A stretch of 64,000 nucleotides of DNA, taken from the NCBI RefSeq assembly GCF_006345805.1, contig NC_043008.1:61690001-61754000 (forward strand). Direction: 5' to 3'. Shown here in pieces: positions 1 through 13,015 of this stretch. The notes under the pieces are model-generated. The model saw only the letters and a list, made by a program, of their open reading frames with translations. It was not told the DNA's origin and searched no databases. The stretch's first letter is position 1; each line of letters opens with the position of its first letter. Origin of the DNA: Octopus sinensis (Eukaryota). Made by a program: the position numbers and the translations under genes.

Positions 1-423
1 TTCCTAATGTGTGGTTTTATATGATTTTTAATTTATTATACGATGGCAAATGGGAAGAATTATAGAGTGCTGGTTAGAACGTATAGCGGTATTCGCTTTT
101 GAAAGTCCGAAACCACGTCGATTTGAACATTGAATTTTTTACTTGGAGATTCGATGAATAAATTACCATTTCCAGACTTGATTTTCCTTTTTATTCGTAT
201 GGAATAAAATGACTTTGGTAAGGCATAGTTAGTCCTTTGACAATTCAACTCATTCAAGTATGTAAAATAGGAAGAAAATGGCTTCAATTTGCATAACATC
301 CACACCTCTCCCCCAACTTTATATAATTTCATTTTGTCCATCTATCTCCCCACGTTTTTGTGAAGCACGTGTATATATCCTTGTAGTGTAAGTGTTTCCT
401 TATAGAAAATAATGGCAGGATTC

Positions 424-424
424 A

Positions 425-473
<49 letters not shown>

Positions 474-509
474 GTTATTATTATTGCTATTCTTCTTCTT
501 CTTCTTCTT

Positions 510-601
<92 letters not shown>

Positions 602-649
602 TATTATCATTATTATTATTATTGCTGTTGTTGTTGTTGTTGTTGTTTA
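424..649. repeat. Compound trinucleotide microsatellite (TTA)n-(TTC)n-(TTA)n-(TTG)n
   Basis: Read directly; explains the poly-L/F/N/K/I/R ORFs at 342-740. Confidence 0.97.
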
Positions 650-764
650 TTTTTGTCGATAAATGCTGACTGGAAAAGATTAGAATATAAAGGTACAAAT
701 ACACATACACACACACGTACAGACGCGCACATTCATCCATTCATCCATCCTTCCATACCTACCT

Positions 765-791
765 ACCTACATACATACATACATACATACA

Positions 792-820
<29 letters not shown>
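765..820. repeat. (ACAT)n microsatellite
   Basis: Read directly. Confidence 0.95.
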
Positions 821-823
<3 letters not shown>

Positions 824-1022
824 GATATTTATATATATATAAATCACATAGAATGAAATAGATTTCAATGTAGAAATGATGTTCTTTGCAATATATTTCT
901 TGTTATTTGTGAAAAATTAAAAGAAGGTCAGGAAGAAAATTGATTTCTTCAAAAAGAGAATTGGATTAGAGGTCATGTTGGCAGTGAGAGAAATTAAGTG
1001 ATTGAAGAGGAAGTTAAAGTGC

Positions 1023-1023
<1 letters not shown>

Positions 1024-1104
<81 letters not shown>

Positions 1105-1117
1105 TAATAATAATAAT
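1024..1117. repeat. (AAT)n microsatellite
   Basis: Read directly. Confidence 0.97.
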
Positions 1118-3001
1118 AGAAATAAGTAAAAATAATAAATGAGCAACTGTGTCAGCAACGATAATAACAGGATTTGGCGTTTTGCCATAGGTTTATTGTT
1201 TGCAAAGGAAGCCATAGTAATATATTTTACTAATGTCAAGAACGGAATCATTATTCCTGTTAGATTTTTTCCATAAGACTTCGGAGAACCAGACAGAAGT
1301 AAAGTCGGAAGAGATCTCGGCTTTAGACTGCTTCCAACGGAAGATAGCTTGGCATTCGCTGGGTAAATAATATTACTCTACTCAAAAGAAAAAAAGAAAA
1401 AAAGAATGAAAATCGCAGAAGGGAAGTAACAATTTTATTGATTATGTATCTTAGTAGTCTGGAGATATTTCAGAATAAGGTGATAGAAAGTGAAATGGAC
1501 TTCACTAATGCTGTTATACACATATATAAAGTGAGTCCCAGATGTAGTGCATCAATAAGATGTTTATGTTTTATTTGTATATCTATAATACAGGATAGGA
1601 TTGTTTGCATATTTTATATATTTATTTAAACATTTATTTCTCTGCGCTTCCATATAACCTGCATCAATTTATAAACATTTACATACACACATACATCCGT
1701 ATACACACTCATATATGCATGAATATATACATATATATGTGTATGGAAATGTAGAACGATGGAATGAAGGCTCAACACCGTATTGGTGGATAAGTAATTT
1801 CTTTATATATACACTTATATACATACATACACATATAAATGAATGGAGAAAAAAGGACAAGAAAATACAAAAACATGAGGACAGGGTACGTGCAAAGTAT
1901 TAGTAACACGTTCAGAGTAGAAAAGAAAAGGGTGTTTTCCTCAGAAACTGAAGACAAAGGCGCAAGAGAAAAGGAAGACGGAGGTAAACCAATCACCAAC
2001 AGTCCACACATGGTCACATTTTGGAATGGATCCACACACACACACGCACACACACGCACACACACGCATACAGGCACATACATACACATACATATATGTA
2101 TTTATTATACTAAGAATGCGACTCCGTTTGAATTCTGGAATATAAATTCTTAATAAAATTAAGATTCTTTTCCTAGCTTTCCTGAAATTATATATTCACT
2201 GTTTCTGCTATACAATTTTCATACTTTATCACATTCGTTTCTGAAGGCTTCCCTTTGAGGTTCCTATCTTACTTCCATTACTCACTGACTAAAGTTCATT
2301 CTCATTTTTCCATTCTGTATAATTACGTAATAATGTTTAATATACTTTTCTTTATCTATGAATTTGTGAAATAAAGATGAATTGGGGATTAATTCGACAG
2401 AACGAGTTCAAGTGCTTTCCACATTGTAATAATTTTCTAAGCAGTCGCATATTTCATTGAGTTTACGTTACTCTCATCTACAATATTCTCTACCATCCAA
2501 TTAGAACTTCTGTACATAGCCATGTAAAGTACAAGAAATCCCTCTGGAAACAGCATGCACATTTTTCTCAACTTACGTAGAATGATGTACTTGTAGCTAC
2601 ACTAAGAGAAAAATAGTGAAAAAGCGATCATAACGGAAACACCTCCGATAACTGCTTGCTTGATTGAAACAAACTTTTAATAGAAGAACAACAATATCTG
2701 CTGTATTCTTTACATATCTCTTACACTCACCTCTTCGTATGATCATGTTCATGAGACAAATAATATAAATGGAAGTATATTATAATAAATTGTTATTCTG
2801 AAAAAGCATATTATATCTAGAAATTCGCAACAAACCAAAGCAGATTAACCCGACAGTTTCCTAAAATATGTCGGCCGAAGTTAGTTGTCTTCTTGTAAAC
2901 AGAAAATACATTTATCTTAGAACCTGCAAAACTGTTTGTAAAGGCTGAGTATTTTGTACATTATCATACTTTTGTTCTGCTCCTCCTGCCTTCTCTCTGA
3001 T

Positions 3002-3032
<31 letters not shown>

Positions 3033-3039
3033 AATATTC

Positions 3040-3071
<32 letters not shown>

Positions 3072-3286
3072 TATATATATATATATTATATATATATATA
3101 CAGGTCGACGATGAGAAAGATGGCTTCCCTTTGCAAATACTGATAGGGCAGAGAAGTGTGTCAATAGCCAGCTGGAGAAGAAGTTCTCCTGGGGCTACAA
3201 GCTACAGTAGCATCCACCCTTGGTGGTTAGCCACATTTAAGTAGCAAATATACTTCACGTGTATATACATACATATATATATATAT

Positions 3287-3344
<58 letters not shown>

Positions 3345-3462
3345 GCGCGCGTGTGTGCGTCTGTGTCGGTTTGCGAACATACATATGTGGGTATATGTGT
3401 ATAAATATGCACATGTATGTGTATATATATAATCATATATATATTATATATATATATATATA

Positions 3463-3501
<39 letters not shown>

Positions 3502-5359
3502 GATAATATTTACATGTATACGGAACGGAATACACTACGAAGAAGTATATTCATACTTAACTATTGCTGTGTTCTTAGTCTCTGGCGACTTTCACTTATT
3601 TTATTAATTATTTCCAACATCCCAATTACAATGGCTTGGAACATTTATAGTGTGTCACTCGCGGCATAGAATCTTTTGCCAGTATAAAATTTGTTGTTGG
3701 GATACATTGTGGATCTGAGTTTTTGCGGTTTTTATTTTTGATTTTTTCTTACTGTTGCTTTGTTACAAATGAAAGCTGCAAAATATTGAAACCACAAACA
3801 GGAGGCGGCAAAAGGCCAAAATAATTAAATTGTCGTGTAAAATTCTTGTTGTTTTTGTTCCGTATCTACGACCTCCATATTCAAGCTTCGTTGAGTTTAC
3901 TTCTGACATTTATCCTTTCTTGATCGATAAAAATCTCCACGTCAATGTGTCTGATTGGTTAAACTGCAACATGAAACTAAAGACATTACAAAATTTTTGT
4001 TTTGAAACCCAAAGTTCTGATTTCAAATAGTGCTATTGTTTGAAAGTGTAATGGACTAACCTGTGATTTAGTTTAACACTGCCACGTAGTGCTTTATGTG
4101 TTGCAAAGGAAAATCACTCTGTTGTAACATTTGGAAAGGCTTACTGCTTGAGAAACGTTTACACATTCCACGCCAACAATTTTAGAAACCATGCAGAGGC
4201 ATCATGTGTAGAAAATTATCACTTTACTGACCAACAAATGAATACACATAGCATACTCTGCGTTTTGTCTAGTGTATGTCAGTGACACCAAATTATTGTA
4301 ACATCTGTAGTTTCCTCGTTCATCGTTCATGAAAACACACGGAAAGTATAGTAGAGGAGGTTGTAATTTCAAATTCAGGTTGACGGTGTATTTGCATCCC
4401 GAATTAGAATGTAGTAGGTGAATACTATCCTCAGTCTAGCAGGTGAAATAAGCTATTGCTGAGCTGGTTACGATGTAGCCATCGGGATAACTTCATCGTT
4501 GTCATACAGATGCCATACAACTGTTATACATACATACGCACATAAATACACATATATACACATCTATTTAGAATAAAAGAACGGACAGAACAAAAAGAGA
4601 TGGAATGATCATAACATAATTAATTCAATAGCTTTTACACTAAGAACAAGCTTCTTTAATTCTCAAATTGCATAATCAAGATACATAATTGATTAATGTA
4701 AATTCTCTTAAAACGAATATATTTCAAACACTGTTTAGCCCAAACCAACGGGAATATTACTGTCTATGCCGACCATAATCTGTGGCAGCTAGTGCGTAAT
4801 ATTCCAGATGAATTATGATAAACATTGCCTTACGCAGATTTATGTTAATTCATCGTGTATTGTAATAACGTAGTTGAAATAAATATGTTTACTCCTACTC
4901 AAACGACTGTTGAAAATAACTGCAGTTTGATTTATATGTAAACTTAATGCAATTGTCCTCTTTATTCTAATTTTACTTCCCTCTTTAGGCTTTTCCTTCC
5001 TAGATTTTCTACAAAGTTATAACGTGCAAGATTTTAACGATCTATTATTATGGGTGAGTTAATCGAGATCTCAATGGTTAGGCTTAATCTCCGTATACAT
5101 ATAGACACACACACACACACATATATATATAAATATGTATATACACAATTAACTTTTGTATGGTTACATACACACGATAGATGTACATATGTATGCATAT
5201 ATATGTGTATATATACATATAGATATATAAATATATATATATGTATATATATATACATGTGTATGTGTACATATGTATTCATATATATATATATGTATAC
5301 ATATATATATATATATTATATATATATATATATGATATATATATATATGTATATATATC

Positions 5360-5460
5360 ACCGGCGACGGACAGGTGTCCGTCCAGGTGGGGAACGTATA
5401 CGCCAAGGAAACCGTAAAACCGGTCCTATGAGCCAGGCGTGGCTCGAAAAGGAACAAACA
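5360..5460 (+). mobile_element. 5'-truncated SINE/LINE 3' tail fragment inside a (TA)n tract
   Basis: GC-rich 100 bp (ccggcgacggacaggtgtccgtccaggtgggg...ggctcgaaaaggaacaaaca) between TA repeats; loosely similar to the 3' part of the SINE at 59804-60030. Confidence 0.5.
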
Positions 5461-5943
5461 ATATATATATATATATGTATATATATATTTATATATATAT
5501 ATATATATGTGTATATATGTGTGTGTATGTGAGTGAGTTAGTGACTGTGTCTCTCTGTGTATATGTGTGTATATTATATAAGAAACTTTGTTTCAGTGTT
5601 TCGTCATTAAGTTTGCAGTTTGGATTGCTCCAGCGATATGTTCACACTAATTTGCAGATCGAGAAATAAATTTCATCTATAAAACACCGTAGTATACATA
5701 GCGGAGAAAAAAAAAACTATTTATTTTGTTTATAAGTGCCTACACTTTATCATCACAAGACGTCGATACATTGCCAAATCTGTAATATTGTTCAGTTAAC
5801 TTGACGCTTTGAGACATCTAACAAAAACAAAAGCAACCAATATTTAGTGATGGATAAGTTTTATACGTCTCTCGCCTTCTTCCTTTTTAGTTCTTATACA
5901 CGTAGCACATATATGAATATATACAAACACATACATACAATTG

Positions 5944-5983
<40 letters not shown>

Positions 5984-6297
5984 ATACGTATGTGTGTATA
6001 TGTGGGTGTTTGTGCGTGCGTGTAACTACACAAATATATAAATAAATTTATACTTTTTATATGCATGTCTATACTACATAGTTATTTCAAGATGCACACG
6101 GAAACATACATATATAATAATATATAATAATATAAAATACAGCGGTATCTTAAAAAAGTTAGTACAGATGCCACTATGCTACACAATGAACAATTTTGGA
6201 TAAAAGACAGAATATAAAGGTTTTTATATTGAAATACTCACTTAAATATGTCAGCATGAAAGTAAGTGTTTATATAGCTTATTTTAGAATATTTGTA

Positions 6298-6401
<104 letters not shown>

Positions 6402-6617
6402 TGTATGTATGTATATAGGTTAGTGTATATATCAGATGTATGTTTATAAATATGCATACACATATATAATGTATGTATGTATGTATGTATATCAATATGT
6501 GTTTGTATATGTGCGTATTAGTGTATCTTTTCTGTCTGTTCTGCGCATCTTCATTGCATATGCTTCAATCAAATATTCTAAGAAAATTGATAAATTTATA
6601 AATACTCACAGATGTGA

Positions 6618-6672
<55 letters not shown>

Positions 6673-8693
6673 TGTATGTATTTATTAACTACAATACAAA
6701 CTTATGTGTACATATGTACATTATATGTATACCTATGTGTGCATATATAATATATGTGTGTGTGTGAGTATATATCTAGAGATAGATAGAGAGATGCATA
6801 AATACGCACATATATAGGCCTATAATGCATATTTACAGACTTACATTTTTATTTTTTAACGTAATCACTTACATATGTGTTAACTATGTTAGCATGAAAT
6901 TCGTTAGAACGCAGGCATATTTCATTTCCATATATTCATATTACACGCACTCACATATGCACCTAGACATATGTATATACCTTCATATACACTTACACAT
7001 CATACACAACGTGAACACAGAAGACAGTTTATACATATATTCACGCGCTACAACATATGTGTATTACACAATGTAGTAACGAATAGGAAACCTTGTACAA
7101 TTGACTTTATTTTTATGACAAAATAGATAGCTTTAGCTTCTATACCTACTGTGGGTTTTTTCTTTGAAAAATATATAAATAAAAACATACTCTGTGTTAT
7201 ACATTTCTGGGTGATGGGGAAGGTTATGTTTAGGTGACTACGTTGTGTATTTTCTTCTCTCAGTTCACCAATTCTTTAAGGACAATTGGTATTTTGCCGA
7301 AATAATGCCAGAACATGTAAAAACATATTTCTTTTGTGTTTCACTTGAAAAGATTCCCATGTAGTTGTGTCAATATACAAAAGCATCTTTACAATAACTG
7401 TAATGAGCGCAGTAAACTGTAGGCATAAAATAGATTGAAGTCTAAAGGTTTTCTAAATATACGGTATATATAACAGGATATTTCAACACCATATACATAT
7501 TTTATTTAGTAATTTTGTGCATTTTTGAAGCTATTTCTCCTGATATGTTTACTCCATTCTTTCGTATTCTTTCTGTACCTCTCTCTCTCTAGAGTCGTTC
7601 ATATTTGTCTCTTTGTTTACCATTCCCCATGTCCCTCTCTTTCTGTCTTTCCATATGCAACGTAACTGACTATTTCTATCAGTTTTGAATTTTTCTACCT
7701 GAAATTCTGCATTCTTTATTCACATGATGCATATACAATTCTGCATATGCATATGCACGCACGCACACACACACACACACACACGCGCGCGCATGCTGCC
7801 ACTCAATCATTCTTCAAATAGTACACTATCATACACACACACGCACACACACACGCATACACACACGCACACACACACAAATATGAATATATATTAAATA
7901 TAATAAATATATATATAAATATATATAAATATATAAATATATATATATATATATATATCAATGTATCTATCTATCTATCTATCCATATATATATATATAT
8001 ATATATATTATATAATATATATATATATACATACATACATACATACATACTACATATATACATACATATACAACACAATAACTGTATATAAACATAATAT
8101 AAATGCAAATCCACATATATGAAGTCATACATACATGCAGCTATTAAAGAATGGTATAACATATATTTCTTTAAACGAATGCAACGAATATAAATTCTGA
8201 CAGGCATAAGTTTCTGCTGAATATACAACAGCAGCTGGATATTTATTTAAATATACTTATTTTAATTGAAGGTCCTCCTTCGTGGACAAGCGACTGATAG
8301 AACTACAATGCAGAACTGTTTATGATGACAATTTGAACATTATTATCGTAACCCTCGAAAGCAATAAGGATGTGTCGAAGCGTTCTCATCTGATTTGACC
8401 GTAGAAATAATTTGCAATAATTAGCCACGCATGTAAATATGAATGTACATGCATTACTAATTGCAATAATTAGCTATGTATATATATATATATATATACA
8501 TCCTTACGTCTGTTTTCATTCCTCCACTTCACTCTGCGTTTCATATCTTCCCTATAATAAATATTACTTGAACAGTTTCTCGCACCGTCTCTGTTGAAGG
8601 GATATATAAAATATCCCAGAAAAAACTGTGTGACCTTGTCTTTACAGATCTGAAAACTATTCACAGCCTTGGATTTTGTATCTCATTCTGTTA

Positions 8694-8740
<47 letters not shown>

Positions 8741-8767
8741 TATATATATAATTTATTATATAGAAGG

Positions 8768-8818
8768 AGCTTCTACAGGACTAGAACTGTTTCATTCAAG
8801 AGAAATCTTCAGGAAGCT
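8768..8818 (-). ncRNA. Minimal type-I hammerhead ribozyme (antisense copy)
   Basis: Exact reverse complement of 12733-12783. Confidence 0.8.
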
Positions 8819-9173
8819 AGTTAACAAGAATTGTATTGGCATTTATACATTTAGGCATTCAGGTAAGGTTATGATCCGCGCATCGACGGGACAAGCAGCC
8901 AGTCCCGGCGGATGGATGCACCCCCTGGTCGCGTGGCTTTGTCCACGAAAGTCGGGACCCTACATGATTCCTTGCTGGTCCGCTCGCGGACATGTAGAAA
9001 ATCGGCGGTGGCGCTGCCCACCTAAATAACCGGAGCATCCCAGGAGGGGCAATCCTATTCCTGGGGTGAGTGGCACCGTCTACTATAACAGACCGGCGTC
9101 GTGGGCCAGATGACTGCGCCGCGGTGGACACGCTCTCAGTTCACTTCGGTGGGGAAGCTCTACTCCTCGGCGG

Positions 9174-9590
9174 GTGGCTGCCGTCTCCACCTTAATACAC
9201 CGGCACCCCGGGTTCCCCTTCGTCTACGAATTCGGTTGCTGGGCGGGGGACCAGGTCCTCGGAATGACGTCAAACAGCTTTAAGACCCGTTGGTACGCCC
9301 ACACACACTCGTTACGGCGACCGGATAAATCCAACCAAACTACCCTCGCCGCCCACATCTGGTACCTTAAAAGGAACTCCATCCCCTTCAAGACCAAGTG
9401 GAAACTACTACAGAAGGCGCGTTCGTACACAGGAGGCCATACCTGCTGTGACCTTTGCATTTCGGAGAGCCTAGAGATCTTGTTCGCCAAAGGCCCTCTC
9501 CTTACAAGATCTCAGAACACTCCCCCAAATTGCATGCATAGGAATTATGCAAACTACAAGAACTATAGACCTACCCGGCAACCAGATTGA
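9174..9590 (+). CDS. GIY-YIG endonuclease domain of a Penelope-like element (138 aa, stop-free, possibly degenerate)
   Basis: VYE...VLGMTSNSFKTRWYAHTHS...TTLAAHIWYLK...KWKLL...SY...CCDLCISE...EI...CMHR matches the recalled PLE EN pattern VY..YxGxT..FKxR..H..S..T.L..HIW.LK..W.I..Y..CxLC..E..I..C.H. Confidence 0.85.
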   Translation: MAAVSTLIHRHPGFPFVYEFGCWAGDQVLGMTSNSFKTRWYAHTHSLRRPDKSNQTTLAAHIWYLKRNSIPFKTKWKLLQKARSYTGGHTCCDLCISESLEILFAKGPLLTRSQNTPPNCMHRNYANYKNYRPTRQPD

Positions 9591-9669
9591 TGACACCCCA
9601 CCCCAACCCCCCCCCCCCAATCCCACCGTTCCCCTAGCACCCCCGATTACCTTTTCTCCTAAGACCTTT

Positions 9670-9884
9670 CACATATTGTATGTGCACGCTTGTATATGTA
9701 TATATGTGTGTGTATATATATATTTATATATATGTATATGTGTATGTGTATGTGTATGTGTATATATATATATAAGTGTACGCGAGTATGTCGATGTATA
9801 TGTAGGTATGTAAAGTTATGTGTATGTGCATGTATGTGTGTGTATATACAGATTGTAGATGGGTATATATATGTGTGTGTATGT

Positions 9885-9930
<46 letters not shown>

Positions 9931-10105
9931 ATATATATATATATATGTATATGTGGGTATGTAGAGTTATACGTATGTGCAAGTGTATATGTATGTATAT
10001 ATATATATATGTATGTGTATGTGTATGTATGTATATATGTGTGTGTGTGAGTATGTGTGTATATGTATGTATATATGTATATATGTGTGTATGTGTAGGT
10101 ATGTG

Positions 10106-10137
<32 letters not shown>

Positions 10138-10231
10138 TATATATGTGTATATATGTATATATATATATATGTATATGTATATATATATATGTGAATATGT
10201 GTGTGTATGTGTACATATGTGTATGTGTGTA

Positions 10232-10278
<47 letters not shown>

Positions 10279-10340
10279 AAGTGTGTGTATATATGTATAT
10301 GTAAGTGTGTGTGTGTATGAGTATGTATCTTTGTTTGCAC

Positions 10341-10383
<43 letters not shown>

Positions 10384-10905
10384 ATTTCAACAATTGAGGG
10401 TAAAATTAATTAATTATTAATCAATTTCACCAAGTATTCAGTATGCAAAGGGACCATTTAAGGCGAATTCAAATTATTACATTATATAAAAGGGCTTAGT
10501 AAAATAAATTACTTTGCCGCATACTGAACTCATTAGAATAGTAGCTAAAAAAAACTTTTTAAAACTATTTCTAATACTATAGTTTTAAAAAAGTTTTTTT
10601 AGCTACTATTTCTAATGAGTTCAGTATGCGGCAAAGTAATTTATTTTACTAAGCCCTTTTATATAATGTAATAATTTGAATTATATATATATATATATAT
10701 ATATGTGTATGTGTGTATGTATATGTATGTGTATGTCTATGTATATGTGTATGTGTGTGTATATGTATATATGCATATGTATGTGTATGTATGTGTATGT
10801 ATATGTATATATGTGTATATGTGTATATATATATATATAATATATATATATGTGTGTGTATGTGTATGTGTGTGTATGTATATGTATGTATATGTGTGTG
10901 TGTAT

Positions 10906-10947
<42 letters not shown>

Positions 10948-11111
10948 CATATATATGTGTATATATATGTGTGTGTATATATATGTATGTATGTATATAT
11001 GTGTGTGTATGTGTATGTGTATATGTACATATACGTGTACGCTCGTGTGTTTATGTATATGTAGGTACGTAGAGTTATGTATGTGTGTATGTATATGTAC
11101 ATAGGTGTAGG

Positions 11112-11162
<51 letters not shown>

Positions 11163-11665
11163 AAGTTTATATGTATGTATCCGTCTGTATAATAGGTAAC
11201 TGCACGTATATATACTTAATATTTATTATTTATTTTTTGAGTATGCATGTATGTATATGAATATCTGCACGTATATATATTTTATTATTGTTTATTTTTT
11301 TAGTATGCATGTAAGTATGAACATAAGGAGGCCCGCGTGTGTGTGTGTATGCGTAAGCATATGTATAGATATATGTATACTTTTACGCATGTGTGTACTA
11401 ATGTTTATATATGGATGTGCGTGTGTGTGTGTGTGTATGGGTACGCATGTATATGTGTATGTATGTGTATGTATGTGTGTGTGTATATATGTATATGTAT
11501 GTATGTATATGTATGTATGTGTATATATATATATATATATATATGTATACATGTATATATATATGTGTATGTGTATGTATATGTATGTGTATGCATGCAC
11601 GTGTGGGTGTGTGTATGTGTATATATGTATGTATGTATGGGTGTATGTATGTATGTATATATACG

Positions 11666-11711
<46 letters not shown>

Positions 11712-12490
11712 ATATATGTATGTATTTGTATGTAGGTGTATATGTATGTGTGTATATATATTTATTGGTGTATATGTATAGACTAGTCTTCTAAGCTTGT
11801 AGACAGGAATCTGTAGGTATGCGTACGTATGTGTATATATGTGAGTGTATGTAGATGTATGTATGTATGAATATAACGCGTGCGTGCGTGCATGTGTATG
11901 AGTGTACGAATGAGTGAGTGTGCGTGCTAATGAGTGTGCGTGCGTGAGTGAGTGCTTGTGTTCAAGTAGAAAGATAATTGGACTTGCTGTCGTAGCCAAG
12001 ACGCTTGTGACCAGCGGTCAAAGATAACAAAAGTAATAAATGGAGATAATAAAATTAAAATTAGGAATGGGTCTGTATTTGTATGTATACACGTGTGTAT
12101 GTGTAGGTATAGGTACACATATGTATATATATATGTATATATATGTATATAAATGTGTATATGTATATATGTGTATATAGGGACTTGTGTGTTGTGTGTG
12201 CATGTGTGTATGTGGATATGTGTGTGTATGTGTGTATGTGTATGTGTGTGTATGTATATATTTTTTGTGTGTATATGTATGTGTGGTCGTGTGTGTATAT
12301 ATACATGTGTGTGTGTATATGTGTATGCATATGTATGTGTATATGTATATATATATATATGTATATATATATGTAGGTATATGTATGTATGTATATATAT
12401 ATGTATATATATATATATGTGTGTGTGTGTATGTGTGTATGTATATATGTGTGTGTGTATATATGTATACATATGTGTATAGGTATAAGT
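9670..12490. repeat. ~2.8 kb complex (TA/TG/TATG)n tract inside the PLE 3' region
   Basis: Read directly; source of the many I/Y/H/T/C/V ORFs. Confidence 0.95.
10466..10682. repeat. Fold-back inverted repeat with ~103 bp arms and a 10 nt loop
   Basis: 10466-10568 is the reverse complement of 10579-10682; differences are only homopolymer-length indels. Confidence 0.95.
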
Positions 12491-12732
12491 GAGAATCTCC
12501 TTATTTACCTAAAACTCTATTCTTCTATATATTTTTCTATATATTTTTTTAATTTTTTAATTTTTTTATTCTTTTATTTATTCTTTTATCTAATTTACCA
12601 CTGACTCCTTGACCACTCCCCCAAGTATGATATTTTTGCGCTATGCCTACCCCCAAAAAGTCCCCCACCACGACCCCTTTAAACCTGCCTAAATGTATAA
12701 ATGTATAAATGCCAATACAATTCTTGTTAACT

Positions 12733-12783
12733 AGCTTCCTGAAGATTTCTCTTGAATGAAACAGTTCTAGTCCTGTAGAAGCT
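12733..12783 (+). ncRNA. Minimal type-I hammerhead ribozyme in PLE pseudo-LTR
   Basis: Stem I agcuuc/gaagcu; core CUGAAGA (12739-45); short stem II uuc-ucuu-gaa; GAAA (12758-61); stem III (a)cag/cug(u) with a loop containing palindromic cuag; cleavage triplet GUA ending at 12777. Confidence 0.82.
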
Positions 12784-12866
12784 CCTTCTATATAATAAAT
12801 TAATTTTACTCTGCTATGTATTGAGTACCTTATTTACTGTGGTTAACCCCGAATCAACCCGGGACC

Positions 12867-13015
<149 letters not shown>

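Noticed and set aside
60-415. Minus-strand 93-aa ORF plus an in-frame upstream segment
   Set aside because: No recognisable domain; an in-frame TAG separates the segments; no convincing splice chain.
342-740. Poly-N/K/L/F/I/R ORFs
   Set aside because: Pure trinucleotide microsatellite translations.
5425-5450. cctatga-gcca-ggcg-tggc-tc-gaaa as a hammerhead
   Set aside because: The core is not CUGANGA and there is no stem I/III; better explained as a SINE tail.
9095-9180. HDV-like ribozyme suggested by the cac-UUCG-gug hairpin
   Set aside because: Could not build the P1/P2/P3 pseudoknot.
9659-12492. Long YI/HT/CV-rich ORFs up to 244 aa
   Set aside because: Translations of (TA)/(TG)/(CA) repeats.
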